A DNA stretch of 63,163 nucleotides, counting the filler, from Rhabdomonas costata (Eukaryota): assembly GCA_019059605.1 (NCBI GenBank). It is 35 parts of 35 records of this genome, joined end to end, with 100 filler letters (N's around TTAATTAATTAA, not from the genome) between each part and the next. Parts side by side here need not be neighbours in the genome. Positions count along the whole stretch, not along the records: positions 25,293 to 26,998 come from JAHMHO010010325.1; positions 27,099 to 28,805 come from JAHMHO010010326.1; positions 28,906 to 30,611 come from JAHMHO010010327.1; positions 30,712 to 32,417 come from JAHMHO010010328.1; positions 32,518 to 34,223 come from JAHMHO010010329.1; positions 34,324 to 36,029 come from JAHMHO010010330.1; positions 36,130 to 37,864 come from JAHMHO010010331.1; 28 more parts are not named here. One strand, given 5' to 3'. Under the pieces are notes generated by a model. That model was not told where the DNA came from. It saw only the letters and a program-made list of their open reading frames with translations, and searched no databases. Positions 25,310-37,649 of this stretch are shown here, in pieces. A program made the translations under genes and the position numbers. Each line of letters starts with the position of its first letter. The first letter of the stretch is position 1.

Positions 25310-26707
25310 TCACCCGATGACCACAGTCCATTCCAGTCCGAGGGAGGCCATGGGCTTCCGAATGGTCAGAACCCCTCCGGCCTGCGAGAACTCCAACTGC
25401 TGCCGAGTCTGTGAAGACCCCCCCCCCAGAAGAGTGCACCGCGGGCATCTTGCAGGACGCCAGAAATGTGTTGCAACAGAATTGCAGGAACAACATAAAA
25501 CAACAATTTGGGCCAACAAGGCCCGGCCAAAACCTTGCACATACCTTCACGTAGTCTGCACTGACGCCAGCGAGCCCCAGCACGTCCGCCGTAACTTCCG
25601 CACCCTCGGAGTGCTCCAGGAAGATCTCCTTGACCTGCAATCAGCAAGCCAAAAAAAGACCGTTACATAGAGCTGAAAGTGGAATCCATGTGTCAAACTG
25701 TCAGCGATGAAGTGAAAATGTGAGCGGCAATGCACTGAACGCTTAGTAAGATGTAATTCATATTCCTTGAAACGAGCAGACCCAATACTTCAGGCCACAA
25801 TGAACCAAAAACTCAAGCTCAGATGGACTGCGTTCAGAAAAAACGTCAACGCTCTGGTATATAGCAGATAGCCAAACAACAACTCACATCTTGGACATAC
25901 TTAAAAGCATAAAAAGCAGAAAACGGAGGGCAAAGCGAACCTTGGTTTTCCACCCAAAGATGCGGATGCGCTCCACCCAGATGCCCGTCGTATAGCTCTC
26001 GCCTGTCTAATAGCTGAGGTGTACACCGTGGTCCTGGGAAGCCTTCCGCGATGGGGAACAGAGTGAAGCCTGAACAGCGAACGAAAGTGATGAGCCATAA
26101 AGTAAGAGCAATACAACTCGATTTCCCTTCTCGAGTTGGCCACATACCCGATTACTTACCACCAATACTTGTCCACAGACACCACAGAACGTACCAGAAA
26201 CGGCGTTGGGCTTTACTAGTCTCTGAAACGCGCAGGCTCCCTTGTCGCAGAAGAGGTAACTGGCAACCCGTAACTGGTAACTGGCAAAACACCGCACCGT
26301 ATACAACCTCTCTCCCCTCGGGGAGTACGAGTGCAATCAAGCCGCATTCGTTCGTTCGAGTTGGCGCCTACCCATTTTGACAAGCAAGCACCGAGTATGT
26401 GCGTACCGGCCATCGCGAAGAGTGAATTCGACGAAAAGGAATCCACCCTTCTGGTACTTGAACGAATGGGTGTCATCCAGGTACAGAAAGCCCTCCGCTC
26501 GGCTCTATGCAAAAGAAAATAATCACAAAATAAACCAGCAATCGTACAACCCGGCTTGGCGAGCCTTTTTGCCCAAAAACCTCGGAAACGTCGAAAGGGC
26601 AGCAGTGACCCACACCTGGGAGTCAACGGCCAGCTGCAAGGTGTACGGGTCATTCCGCATTGCTGTGGAGCTTCGGCGCGCCCTCTCACGGAGAGGGAGA
26701 ACGGTTC
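25310..26707 (-). CDS. GANAB: Glucosidase II alpha subunit (GH31), last five exons
   Basis: Exons 26707-26616, 26504-26407, 26069-26027, 25634-25545, 25408-25310 splice in frame (all GT-AG): GTVLPLRERARRSSTAMRNDPYTLQLAVD, AEGFLYLDDTHSFKYQKG, VLTIRKP...WTVVIG*. Confidence 0.9.
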
Positions 26708-27466
26708 CTGCCCCGAACCACCCATCACCGCCAATCAAAAGGCAATTCGGTCATCAGCAAGTCTGGATTCCCTTCCGGGGATAGGCGATAAGGCAATAGA
26801 ATTGCCAACTCACAAAAAAATGAAAACAAGAACAAAGCACAACTTCAGCTAAATGTTGGCCAAACTGTTCCCGCCATCCGCATTACATGCTTAGGCTACC
26901 ATCGTTCATTGTTCCGCCATTCATGATTGCATTTCAACACAACATCAACATCGGCTATGCCTCGGAGCAATTTCATTCCCTGATGGCGGCTCTGTGATNN
27001 NNNNNNNNNNNNNNNNNNNNNNNNNNNNNNNNNNNNNNNNNNTTAATTAATTAANNNNNNNNNNNNNNNNNNNNNNNNNNNNNNNNNNNNNNNNNNNNAA
27101 TTTTTCGCCTAAATTCGGCCATTTATGAGCATTTTTAAGGTCGTTTTTCAAATTTGACTTTTTGGAGGCCTTTGGAGACTACGACTACAAGTGAGCAAGG
27201 GAAGGTCATGGTGCAAGAAGAAATTTCGCAGGAAGAAGGATGGCAAGTGTACAGGTCATCAGCAAGCCAGATTCGACCGCATCACATGCGTTTTTGATTA
27301 GGCCATGACTATGTTTTTATACCCTCAAGTACGTGCACACGCATTGAAAACTCGCAAAAGATTCCACTAGGCTTAGCCCAGGACACTCCGAAAACTGCAT
27401 GGCCAAATAAGTCACAATAAAGCACTTTCCACATCTCAACGAAGAAAAACGCAGAGCAACACACAC

Positions 27467-27957
27467 CGCGCGACGGTGTCCATCACCCCAAACGTGTACC
27501 CCAGCCACTCCAGCATCGCGCTCGCAGTGATCGTGTTCGTCAACGCCGTGAAGTTGCAGATGTCCGAGAACAGAACTGTGGCCTGTGATCCAGATGTGCA
27601 CAGTAAAAAAGAGAAAAAGAACAACCAAAAGCAAGAGCTTGAAAAGAAAAGACGATAACAAACCTCCGGCACTTCCATCACAATGTTGGCTTCCTCCGAG
27701 AGAAGCTGCTCCGACGCGAACTTGGGGTACATCGCCAGCACAAGCCGGTGGAAGCTCTGCTTCTGCTCCTCCACGGCCTGCCGGCCCTTCTCCCACGACT
27801 CCTCCATCGTGTTCAGCATGTACCGCGAGGACACCACCAGCACAACAATCCCCGCCGCGGTGATCCCCAGCGCCGTGAACAGCACAATCAGCAGCACCAC
27901 AAACAGGGGCCACTCCACCTCCTTGCGGTCGATCTTGAGGACAAGGCCGACATTGAG
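27467..27957 (-). CDS. Membrane-anchored class III adenylyl/guanylyl cyclase, two exons
   Basis: TM helix, coiled coil, AMYPKF, then ATVLFSDICNFTALT after an 81-nt GT-AG intron (27663-27583). Confidence 0.9.
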
Positions 27958-28200
27958 CTGAGAAAAGGGAATGTATCGGACCCGAATGTGCCGATAAAAA
28001 GGCATTGTGCATTCCGGTGCTTATTACGATTGCATAGGTAAGAGGGATATGGCAGTGGGCAGTGCTGCTCGGGAACGCAAAGGCGAACACAGGAAATTAT
28101 TAGAGTGCTGCGGCAGAGAAGGGGTCGGGTATTGCACGTTCTCGTGGATGAGAAGGAAACATGTGAGCTGCATCATTGGAAACAAAAAAGCAAGAAAAAG

Positions 28201-28281
28201 GGCTAAGCCGAAGCAGGCTTGGGGTCTTTTGTATATACAACAGGCCTCCCGAAACGCTGCGTGCCCGGTCCTTGGGGTCAG
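28201..28281 (-). repeat. Dispersed repeat family A
   Basis: About 85% identical to 24004-24084. Confidence 0.9.
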
Positions 28282-30010
28282 TAGTATTGGGTACTGAACT
28301 GCAACGACGGTCTGAAAGACATCTCGACGAATGGCCAAAAAATGCCCAAGCGCAGCCAAAAAAATGCCAGTAGAGGATTTGAAAACGACAAAAAGTACGT
28401 TGCGGCGCAAACTCAGACCCACAGCATTCGTTTATTGTTCGAATGCTCTAACAAAACAGTAAAGCTACTTATTGCAAACATCATAGGCAACCTACTCTTT
28501 AGGCACCATCTGGCGAAATTCCACATGAGGGGTAAACGTACAGAAAACAAGGCCAATCTGTTATTTAAATGCAACACATAGGCAAGTGACATCGTGGACC
28601 TTTAGTGACTCTGATTAACATCAATCGCACAAATTCAGAGGACAGGTTCAAATGGGTATAACAGGAGTTTTGGGTTTTGGGTTGGGTGAATTTAAGTTAC
28701 AAATCCCTGCAAGTAAGGGGAGGCACCCAAAGATAAATCTGGACCTGCTTCGAGTAGGTGTACGCCGAGAACACCGGGTTTCCATCCGGGTCCACACCCC
28801 CCCCCNNNNNNNNNNNNNNNNNNNNNNNNNNNNNNNNNNNNNNNNNNNNTTAATTAATTAANNNNNNNNNNNNNNNNNNNNNNNNNNNNNNNNNNNNNNN
28901 NNNNNTGTGGGTGTGTTTGGTTGTGGGGGTTACCATGCAGGCATTAGTTCATTCATCGTCGTATGGCTTCCGCTGCTGTTGGGTGCCGAGTTTTTTTTAG
29001 GAGGGGGTAGGCCCGAAAAATGGCTTGGCGTGTCAAGAGTCCAATCCCTCAGAGATCTTTTTAGTTCGTAAATCAAAACTATCTGGACTTGTCGACAACT
29101 TCGACGCGTTTCCTTCTTCTCAGATGCCCGAAGAATTATTCAGAAAAAGAAATGTTACGTGCTGACGTGCGCCTTAAGCCAAAGAGTCGAAACGCGCTGT
29201 TGGGAAAAGACATACTTGACACACTCACCGCTGCTCATTTTCCGAACCACCAAACCCCAAGACCAGTGCCCACGAGATCAGAATTATCTCATGGATTCCG
29301 GCATGAGGGGTTTCACGAAAAACGTCGTGGACTGAAGGAGGCGTAGTCTTCGCTCCGCCTCCCGGTGCCTCACCAACCGTAACACACAATACTAACCCTG
29401 CAGGCCTCTGGATTGGCACTGCTTTTCTTCAAAACACGTTGAGGCAGCGAGGGGCTTTCCGTGGGACAACTTGAACTTCCTCTCGCATCCAAATCGCAAA
29501 TCGGGACGACGGAGATTGCGCCGCATGAGGGGAGGCCCAGCAGGCACAGCAACTCCATATGGGGATTCACGATTTTACCTTACAAATGTCATATCTGAAG
29601 CGGGAATTTTTCGGGTTTGAAAATCTGGAGAATATCGAAGAATCCAGGGCACAACACACCCTAGCACCACAAAAGGGCTCAGAGGATAAGTGTTAAGGTT
29701 AACTAACCCTATGGCAGATGTATTGAACCCAGAACCCCATTTATTCACCAACCCCTACCCCAGGTCCCTTCCTGCAACCACCAAGTTGCAACTCGCTTCC
29801 ATCATGCAAAACGTACAGTATGCGTACTCGGAAACCGAAAGAGCCCCAAGAAGGCCTCCTCCACCGCCTGTGGGACTGGTGACGCCGGGTGCGAACTCAT
29901 AGTTTCGTACTCATCTAAGCTTCGAGGAGTTCACCTGCCAGGCCACTGACACGCCACGAAGGCAATTCTGTTCCAATGAAACAAAAAGAGGGGGAGAAAT
30001 TACTGCTAAC

Positions 30011-30309
30011 CCTTAGGGTGGCGTTGTAGTGGCAGGATCCGTAAACGATTTCCCCGAATCGCTGCTTCCACTCCGAGTCCGAGATCAGGCCCTTGTTGAG
30101 GTTCGTCGCTGGGGTGGCGGGCCAGCTGCTGGTGCAGTACCCCGTGAGGTTGCCGCTGAGGCTCCAGAACGGGGTCCCGCTGCGAGGGTCGGTGTCCAGG
30201 GCAAACACCTCCCCGTCGTTCAGCCCCAGCACCAGGCTAGTGGCGCCCGGAGGGCTGGTGCTGAGGATGGTGAACATCTTCATCCGCATGTCCGCCGAGG
30301 AGGGGTTGC
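30011..30309 (-). CDS. Extracellular sensor-like (Cache-like) exon, probably of a receptor cyclase
   Basis: CAG/GT-bounded GC3-rich exon; SLVLGLNDGEVF...CHYNATLR resembles Cache-domain motifs preceding RxWY. Confidence 0.5.
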
Positions 30310-31031
30310 CTGGGAAACCCAAACGAATCCCCCACGCTCTTCTTTCTACACTTGCTGGCAGCAGGATGGCAGTAGGAGGAAGGAAACTCCCCCCCATAAG
30401 ATTCCTTATGACCCCCGCCGAGTCGCTCCATTTTTAATCGAATTTCTATTTTATTCTCACAAAAATTGTTTCCGGAATTTTCATTCCTTGTGATTTAACA
30501 TTTTCCGGTTTTAATTCGATTTGCGTTTTAGGCTTTTGGTCGACTGCGGAGGGAATCTCGCCCTCCTTTTCTCGTCTCCAAAGAAACTGAAAACGAAAGT
30601 CACCACCCACANNNNNNNNNNNNNNNNNNNNNNNNNNNNNNNNNNNNNNNNNNNNTTAATTAATTAANNNNNNNNNNNNNNNNNNNNNNNNNNNNNNNNN
30701 NNNNNNNNNNNGTTTTTGACCTGGAGTGTTAAACGGGCAGAAACCGGAATTCCGAGTTAATGCTATTGAGCAGGATAAGCGCTCATCCCAGCTTGAAGCC
30801 TCAGCGTTAAACTGCTTGACATCATAATCGTAAAACCATGAACCATGAACCATAAACCATAAACCACAACCACAGACCACCACCAATTGCAATGGACCGT
30901 CATTCTTGAGCGTTTGCTCGGCGATATTCGTTCGTTGCTGAAAAATTCTTGAGGTTTGCAGGATCTATGTGCAAATGGGTGGTTTTGCTGCAGATTTCGG
31001 CAGAAAGGTAATACAGAATGGGCTAGCATGC

Positions 31032-31571
31032 CTTGGTCAGAAGATACGTCTCACAGTGACCCGCAGCCCGGATGGCCACAGAACGCCGGAGAGGGCTCAA
31101 CAACGCAAGCTCCCCGAAAGAGAAGGACTCGCTTTCGCTCATGCGTTCACAACTCTGAAAACAAAGCGGGACGTGGACATCGAAACAAAAATATACTGTT
31201 CGAAGGTTTTTGGGGAAAGAGAAGACGAAAGACACGAGGGAAACCTCCTCTGAGTACACAACGAGCATCATGCCCCGAACTACGAAAAACATGGCCGAAC
31301 TCACTTCGTCACGCGAAACCACAACTTCCCCAGCATCAAAGTCTCGCTGTACGAGACGACTGCGAATCTGAGAGAACCCAACAACGGAGTCCAAAAGGAC
31401 ACAGCAAATGACAGGCGAAAAGAAGACGGAAAAGGAAAGAGAAACGTACCTCCTGGACAAACTGACGGTGTATCTGCTGAACGGAAGGGCTGACATCGTT
31501 CAAGAGTCCAAAAAGTGGTACAGCCCAAATTAGGGCTTCGAGCTCAACAGGAGCAGACATGAAAGAGAATG
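31032..31571 (-). CDS. Cyclic-nucleotide-binding domain, probably of a CNG/KCNH-type channel, three exons
   Basis: Exons 31571-31450, 31367-31245, 31154-31032 give VPLF..., GEVVVSRDEVSSAMFFVVRG, FGELALLSPLRRSVAIRAAGHCETYLLTK. Confidence 0.9.
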
Positions 31572-32517
31572 CTGCAAAAAAAAAACAGAAGGTGAACAGC
31601 GTTTCAAATCAATCATGGCTGTATGCCAAAACGCCATCAGGCGCCCATGGCTCTACATGACCCATCCCGGCAGTGTGTTTCGCAATTCGCGATGCAACGA
31701 TAATTTTCTGTATAAGGTAAATTTCCACGTTTTCCGCCAACGGGTTCGGCGGCGGGATAGGACTGAAGCAAAGGACGGTGGTTGTTTCTCTTCTCAGAAC
31801 ATGAAGCATGGGTATGTTCCACCTCCCTATGCCCGAGGGTGCCGGAGCTGCCTGCCAAGGCTGGCGTTGTCCCCTTAAAACTCTCTGGGTGAGGTGTTCG
31901 ACTTAACTCTGGGCTTGACTAAAAATCACCAAAGTTCCTCTGAATCCCGGGGGTGTAGACATGAGTGGATTTCAAGAACAATTCAAGAACGATGACGCAC
32001 ACCAATGCTAATCTAATTCCTGCCCGTATTGGTATTGCCCCTTTTTGCCAGCCATGGAGCCTCCCCCATATCAAATCCGGAAGCCGGAAACCCCTGCAAC
32101 CTGCTGCGGGTGAGAACTCGGCCAGGTTCCCCATCCACTCGCGGTACAAGGGGTTCTGCCACTTGCTTCTGGGATCCTGCTCCAGTGCGATTTCGTCTGC
32201 GCCTCCCGAAGCACGCGAATGAACGCGGTCTGAGAATACTTCATAGCAGCGGTATCCCTGCCCATTTTCAGAGTGCAGAGCAACTTACAGCAGCCTCCAA
32301 GGTTTACAACCACGTTGAGCTCACTCACACAATTCAGACAAAGCCTCTCTGACTCGCTGGGCATGCAGTGGTCACCTGATTCCATTGAGCAAAGCTTGTC
32401 GTCAGTGACAAAACCCCNNNNNNNNNNNNNNNNNNNNNNNNNNNNNNNNNNNNNNNNNNNNTTAATTAATTAANNNNNNNNNNNNNNNNNNNNNNNNNNN
32501 NNNNNNNNNNNNNNNNN

Positions 32518-32534
32518 GTGTTGGGTGTGTTTGG
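32518..32534 (+). other. Residual whole-genome-amplification primer sequence (GenomePlex-type)
   Basis: Contig starts GTGTTGGGTGTGTTTGG followed by G/T-only bases; related TGTGGGTGTGTTTGG at 28906-28920 and reverse-complement CCAAACACACCCACAC at 41461-41476. Matches my recollection of the primer TGTGTTGGGTGTGTTTGG. Confidence 0.85.
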
Positions 32535-32596
32535 TTTTTGTGTGTTTACATGTTTAGCGTCGTGTGTGAATTGTGAATGGCTAACGACCGAATCAG

Positions 32597-33316
32597 ATGA
32601 CGCCAGCAGATGCACACGTCAGCGCTGCATGGCGGGCAAAGGTGGTCAAGCAAAACAGTTGCTTGGTTTCCTTCCCATGTTTCACCTCACTCTTTTCCAG
32701 AACTGCCCCGCCGCTAACCCAGTGGGAGTGCGAGGAGATCAGCCTTTGCCTCGGGGACCCCTCCAACTTTGTACTTGCAGACGTGAAGTACAACCGCACC
32801 ATTTATTGGTCCAAGGAGCGCGCCCTACTACGGCTCCTCAACGGTGGGACTCTTCAAAGGGAGGAGCTTCTTCTAGCCGCCGACGTCTCCAAAAGCTGCC
32901 TTCTGTCCTCCAACTGCGCCCTGAAACGAATGGAGGCGGTCCTGCCCCCGGCCAGAATTGCTGCCATGAGGACCCTGCTTCGAAAGCCATTTACAGAGCT
33001 TGTGCTGTTGGACTCCTGCCCGGCACCCGCCGTGAAGACAACCTTGACAGCCCAAACCCAGGTGTCTTCTGTCCCATCTTCAAAGGCTTCTCCTGGAGCT
33101 ATAAGAAAGCCTCTGCAGAGCACGAAAGAGAGTCCAGGCCAGGCCTCTGCTGCTCAACAAGAAGAACAACGAATCGGCGGTGTCACGAAGCCTCGCCGTC
33201 CTGGTTTCAAGGCAGATGAAACTCCTGACATGAGATTTTCCTGTCATCGAATCGCCGGCCGAAATAAGGATGGCAGCTTGGATCGAAGGTTTAAGGTAAA
33301 CCGCACCAATTGCTAA
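32597..33316 (+). CDS. Unknown protein with two C-terminal KxDG(T/S)xDxRF-type basic repeats
   Basis: 239-codon frame ending GFKADETPDMRF...GRNKDGSLDRRFKVNR. Confidence 0.6.
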   Translation: MTPADAHVSAAWRAKVVKQNSCLVSFPCFTSLFSRTAPPLTQWECEEISLCLGDPSNFVLADVKYNRTIYWSKERALLRLLNGGTLQREELLLAADVSKSCLLSSNCALKRMEAVLPPARIAAMRTLLRKPFTELVLLDSCPAPAVKTTLTAQTQVSSVPSSKASPGAIRKPLQSTKESPGQASAAQQEEQRIGGVTKPRRPGFKADETPDMRFSCHRIAGRNKDGSLDRRFKVNRTNC

Positions 33317-34323
33317 GTGTTTTGAGTTTCAAAAAGTTGTGCGCATGCGCGCGCGCTCTCACCCCTTTGCTAGTGTGCATTTATTCGGGCAACTCCCCTC
33401 TTTGTGGGTGTGTTGCCCCTGCCGTTTGGTGTTTACTTGGTTGTGTTACGGTACGTTTATTGACCCAGAGTTTTTTTTCAGAGGGTTGGATGCACAGGAG
33501 ATCCACACGGGATGACCCAGAGTTTCAAGGATTAAAAATGAATGAGGGGAAGTTTGAAAACAAATCCAAGCGGGTGTTTCTTGAAGCCAATGGGCCCTGT
33601 GGAAAACTCTGACCCTCAACTTTGTTGAATTGAAGCGAAATTTTTACTAGTCAAGCCTTTTTGTCCTGAAGCGGGGGCAAATACTTATATTCAGTCAAAC
33701 TAAAAATAAAATTGACGCTATGACCGGCCCTTTGCGCAGCAAATGGAACCTGCAAGCTGTCATAGAGGACCCTGGCATCACGCCCCAGGCAGTCCACGAA
33801 GCTCTTGCGAAACGGTTTGATCCGGAAGCTTTTTTTAATTGGATGGAAAGTCCGACGTCTTGGTTCCGGAACCTACCGCGGCAGTTGTAGAACCAGTCCC
33901 CCCGGGAACGCGGCAAGATTGCTCGCCCAGTCAAACCGCAGGGGTATACCGACCAACCCATGGCTCGCGTTCCGCCGTCCTTGTTTTGCACCATTATGTC
34001 CACCTTGTCAGGTGTCAGACCAACTTAAGACGGAAAAGGTGGGGAAGTGAAAGCGCGCCCCTGCGTGCACCAGGCTTCGCCCCCGGTACGAAGACCAGGA
34101 AGAAGTGCTTCCCGGAAAACAGTGCATGCGGATCTGTTGGTCTCCCCTAAACAGCTGCCGCCGGCATTGTACGGCTGAATCGTATTTAGATTTTTCAAAC
34201 AAAGCCTCAAATCAACAAAAAAANNNNNNNNNNNNNNNNNNNNNNNNNNNNNNNNNNNNNNNNNNNNTTAATTAATTAANNNNNNNNNNNNNNNNNNNNN
34301 NNNNNNNNNNNNNNNNNNNNNNN

Positions 34324-34465
34324 TGGGGGTGCAGTTCAGAGGCAGAATGGGGAGAGATGTGCGCCCCTGCCCTGCGACCAAAACAGAATGCCAGCATCGA
34401 TTCTGTTTTGGTCGCAGGGCAGGGGCGCACATCTCTCCCCATTCTGCCTCTGAACTGCATCCCCA
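34324..34465. repeat. Near-perfect inverted repeat at contig start (~66-bp arms, 10-nt loop)
   Basis: TGCAGTTCAGAGG...CAAAACAGAAT / GCCAGCATCG / ATTCTGTTTTG...CCTCTGAACTGCA. Confidence 0.95.
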
Positions 34466-36129
34466 CCAATGGTCTCGGGTGTTCCGCTCCTGAAAACTCG
34501 GCTTTGTTTATATCTGCGAAATAAGCTGGCTTGAGGTAGGCTAGGCAGGAGGTTTTCCTCTGCTAAACTGCATCAGAAAGCATTTCCTAAACGGCTAAGG
34601 TTGGGTTCTACCCGCGAACATGAGGAGGGGCAGCATGAAGAAGCAGCATAACCAAGGCATGGTAACAGCCCAATGGGCTGGACAGGTCCCACGACATTAC
34701 TGCACGATTTGTGCACTGTGATTTCATTGCACTCGACAAGAAAATATAACAAAAAAAAAGAAACGCTCAGACAGAATAGAGCATAAAACTCACCGCTGTC
34801 AACCCTCTACCGCGGTCCAAGATTCAACGGAATGGTTGGCATCGATAAAAGCGTGATATCGAGATTATTTGAGGTACAACTGCGTAAAATACAGAAGCGG
34901 GATCGCTACGCCATTCCTTCATCTCACTACCTAAAGTCAGTTTCATAAAGTCTCTTTATACAAAAATTGGGAGCCTCGGTTTCATTGAGAGGGGTGGGGG
35001 TCCTCCTCTTCTGCTTCGGAAGGGAAATGAAAGAATTGAGGAGCAGACGAAGTGGGTTTGGGGACGGTGAAATAGGCGGGTACACAAGAAATAAAGACAA
35101 TCAATAAGCACAGGGGAATAAAGTGCAATTGAAAGCGTTTCTATAAAGAGGGCAAACCAAACACGAGTGAGGATCCCTAAACGTTCACCACCTATTGGTG
35201 ACCACAACAGGCATAGACAAAACATGGTACTGCATAAGCTTTAATGCAGGTTTCACAGCCGATACGATTACGGCTGGTCGTAGCCACCGTGTATCCTGAG
35301 GTTCCAGAACAACTAATTAGGCTGAAGCCGAATCTGCTCTGGGAAGATCCTGACGATGCTGCTCATAACTCATCCAAGAAAAGGACATATCGCAGGACAC
35401 CTCCAAATGAAATGCGCGATTGGCACCACCTGGCAGCGAGCCCGCCGCAATATCCCAATCCTCTGCTCGACCAGGAGCCCCTAAAATAAAGACATCAGCA
35501 CCACACACCTCCCACCATATATATCTATGAGATACGCCTATATATAGGATTGACGTAGGTTTCCCCTCATTTTCGCCCCTCCTATTCCTTCCTTCCCTGC
35601 CTCCCACCCTGGTTTATTGTCGGTCGGTTTTTCTGACGAATACAGTTTAGAACTGTACATAGTGCCCCTTGTTTCGTTTCGTCCTTCGCATTGTTTTATC
35701 GTTCTATTCTTCTCGCGTTCCAATGCGTAAATTTCTTCGGTGACCCCACGCAGCACATGTAGCTGTGTTCCTTGTTTTTATTGAAGGGGTTGCGGTGAAA
35801 CATGCTTTCATTTGCGTTCGCACGTTATCCATTCAGGATAAAACAGGAACCTGCGCATGTGGAGAGAATTGAAATGGCATGGGCACTCCCTCCATGGCCA
35901 GAGGTCCACACAAGCCGACTGAGAGCAGCGACCACCCGCGAAGCGTGCGAAAAGCAAGGCAGTGAAGTGACCAAAAACAGCAAAAAAAAAAACCCGGAAG
36001 AGCCACATTCCAGTCTCAAACCAAAAAACNNNNNNNNNNNNNNNNNNNNNNNNNNNNNNNNNNNNNNNNNNNNTTAATTAATTAANNNNNNNNNNNNNNN
36101 NNNNNNNNNNNNNNNNNNNNNNNNNNNNN

Positions 36130-36585
36130 GGGTGTCCTAGTGTGCCCTACTCCGACCCGGCCGCGATCACCGTAGGGCACACTAGGACCTCCCCGACCTC
36201 GTCGCACCGCGACTCCCGAAGCACAATATCCAAAGGAGTAAGCCCGCGGCCATCCTAATAGTCAAACAAGAAGACGAGACCCACCACCTGTGCACAGATC
36301 GCATCAGGCTTTGGCTCAGCCACACACACCCATCGCCATTCCACACAAAAGCTTCACCGTAATCAACCCGACCTAAGGTATGCAGACTGAACAATGAGCG
36401 TGAAAGCGTCCTTCAAAAACCGGATGTTCCCTTGGCCGACGCCAGGGAGACCTGTAAAAAGAAGTCCATACAAAGGTGAACACATCGAACCCCCAGAAAA
36501 AAGAATCACGCATACAAGAAAAACACATCACCAACTCAACGTCCTGGAAATTCTCACCCAGACTCTGCTCTCTAAGCTGGGTAAT
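36130..36585 (+). mobile_element. Degenerate 3' end of a non-LTR retrotransposon (I/Ingi-like)
   Basis: A/C-rich sense strand; broken frames read AQIASG, VCRLNNERESVL...PLADAR (decayed CCHC finger) and VLEILTQTLLSKL, directly followed by a tandem-repeat tail. Confidence 0.55.
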
Positions 36586-36715
36586 CATCACATCACATCA
36601 CATCACATCACATCACATCACATCACATCACATCACATCACATCACATCACATCACATCACATCACATCACATCACATCACATCACATCACATCACATCA
36701 CATCACATCACATCA
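36586..36715 (+). repeat. (CATCA)26 microsatellite
   Basis: Perfect pentamer array. Confidence 0.98.
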
Positions 36716-37386
36716 CAGAAAAGACCGGTGTAAATATGGTGTGGGTCATTTCAAAATGAGACGCGCAGCTGAGACAATAATCCCGCAAAAACTGACCACG
36801 GAACTTCACGGGACGAGATGCAATGACACTCAGTAAGGTCGTTTGAATGTCCGAAAAAGCCTGAAAATTTCCTGAAACACCACATAAAGTCGCGCTCCGG
36901 AAGCGCAAGTATATTTTCGTTGCCCGCTCGCGGTCTCTCTCACTCCCGATCCCCCCCTTCTCTGTTCGTTCTGCCAAGCCCCCCGAGCTCCTTTCGGCGA
37001 CCATTGCCTGTGCTGCTTTTCATTCGGCGACCATTTCCTGTGGCATTTATGGTCGCCACAACTGTTTGCGAGATGACCTCGGCACTGCCTTGTCGGAGTC
37101 CGGTTTTCGGGTCCGCCGCGAGGAAGGGCCTCCGCCATGAGAGAAAACCATGTCACTGTGAGCCTTTTCAGTGCAAAGATACCTATTCCCACCAACCAAG
37201 CTGTTCAAACCCAACACTCCAAAAAAAAACACTCCAACAGAAACTCCACACCAGACTTTTTTCTGAGCAATTATCGATTGTAAGGTGAAAACGACTCCTT
37301 CAGAGTACAACTCAAAAACACTCACTTTTGAGGTGGCGCGGGCAATATGAGGGTACAAAAACGGAGGGGGGGGGGCGCGCACGCAC

Positions 37387-37649
37387 AATGTCCCCAAGAA
37401 GCACATTGTGTACGAAGTTGACGGCGTCCATCCTCGCCGTCACCACCAACCCCCCGCAGTGCTTTATCGCTGCACACCCCGAGGCGTTGTCCATTAGCTT
37501 CATCAGAACCCCAGCCTACCCAGCGGTGGGTGCCAACGGAAAAGGTGAGGAAGGAAGCATTCCAGTCCTCCCTTAAACACGGCAGCACAAAATGCCTTCC
37601 TTCAGCTTCCGATTCCACCTCACCTGCATGATCCCGGGGGGAGGGAGAT
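37387..37649 (-). CDS. HotDog-fold acyl-CoA thioesterase, two exons
   Basis: 26-nt exon 37649-37624 + exon 37515-37387 give LPPPGIMQ-AGVLMKLMDNASGCAAIKHCGGLVVTARMDAVNFVHNVLLGDI. Confidence 0.88.

Noticed and set aside
36394-36759. His-rich ORFs (HHITS)n and similar repeat ORFs at 61728-61981
   Set aside because: Translations of microsatellites.
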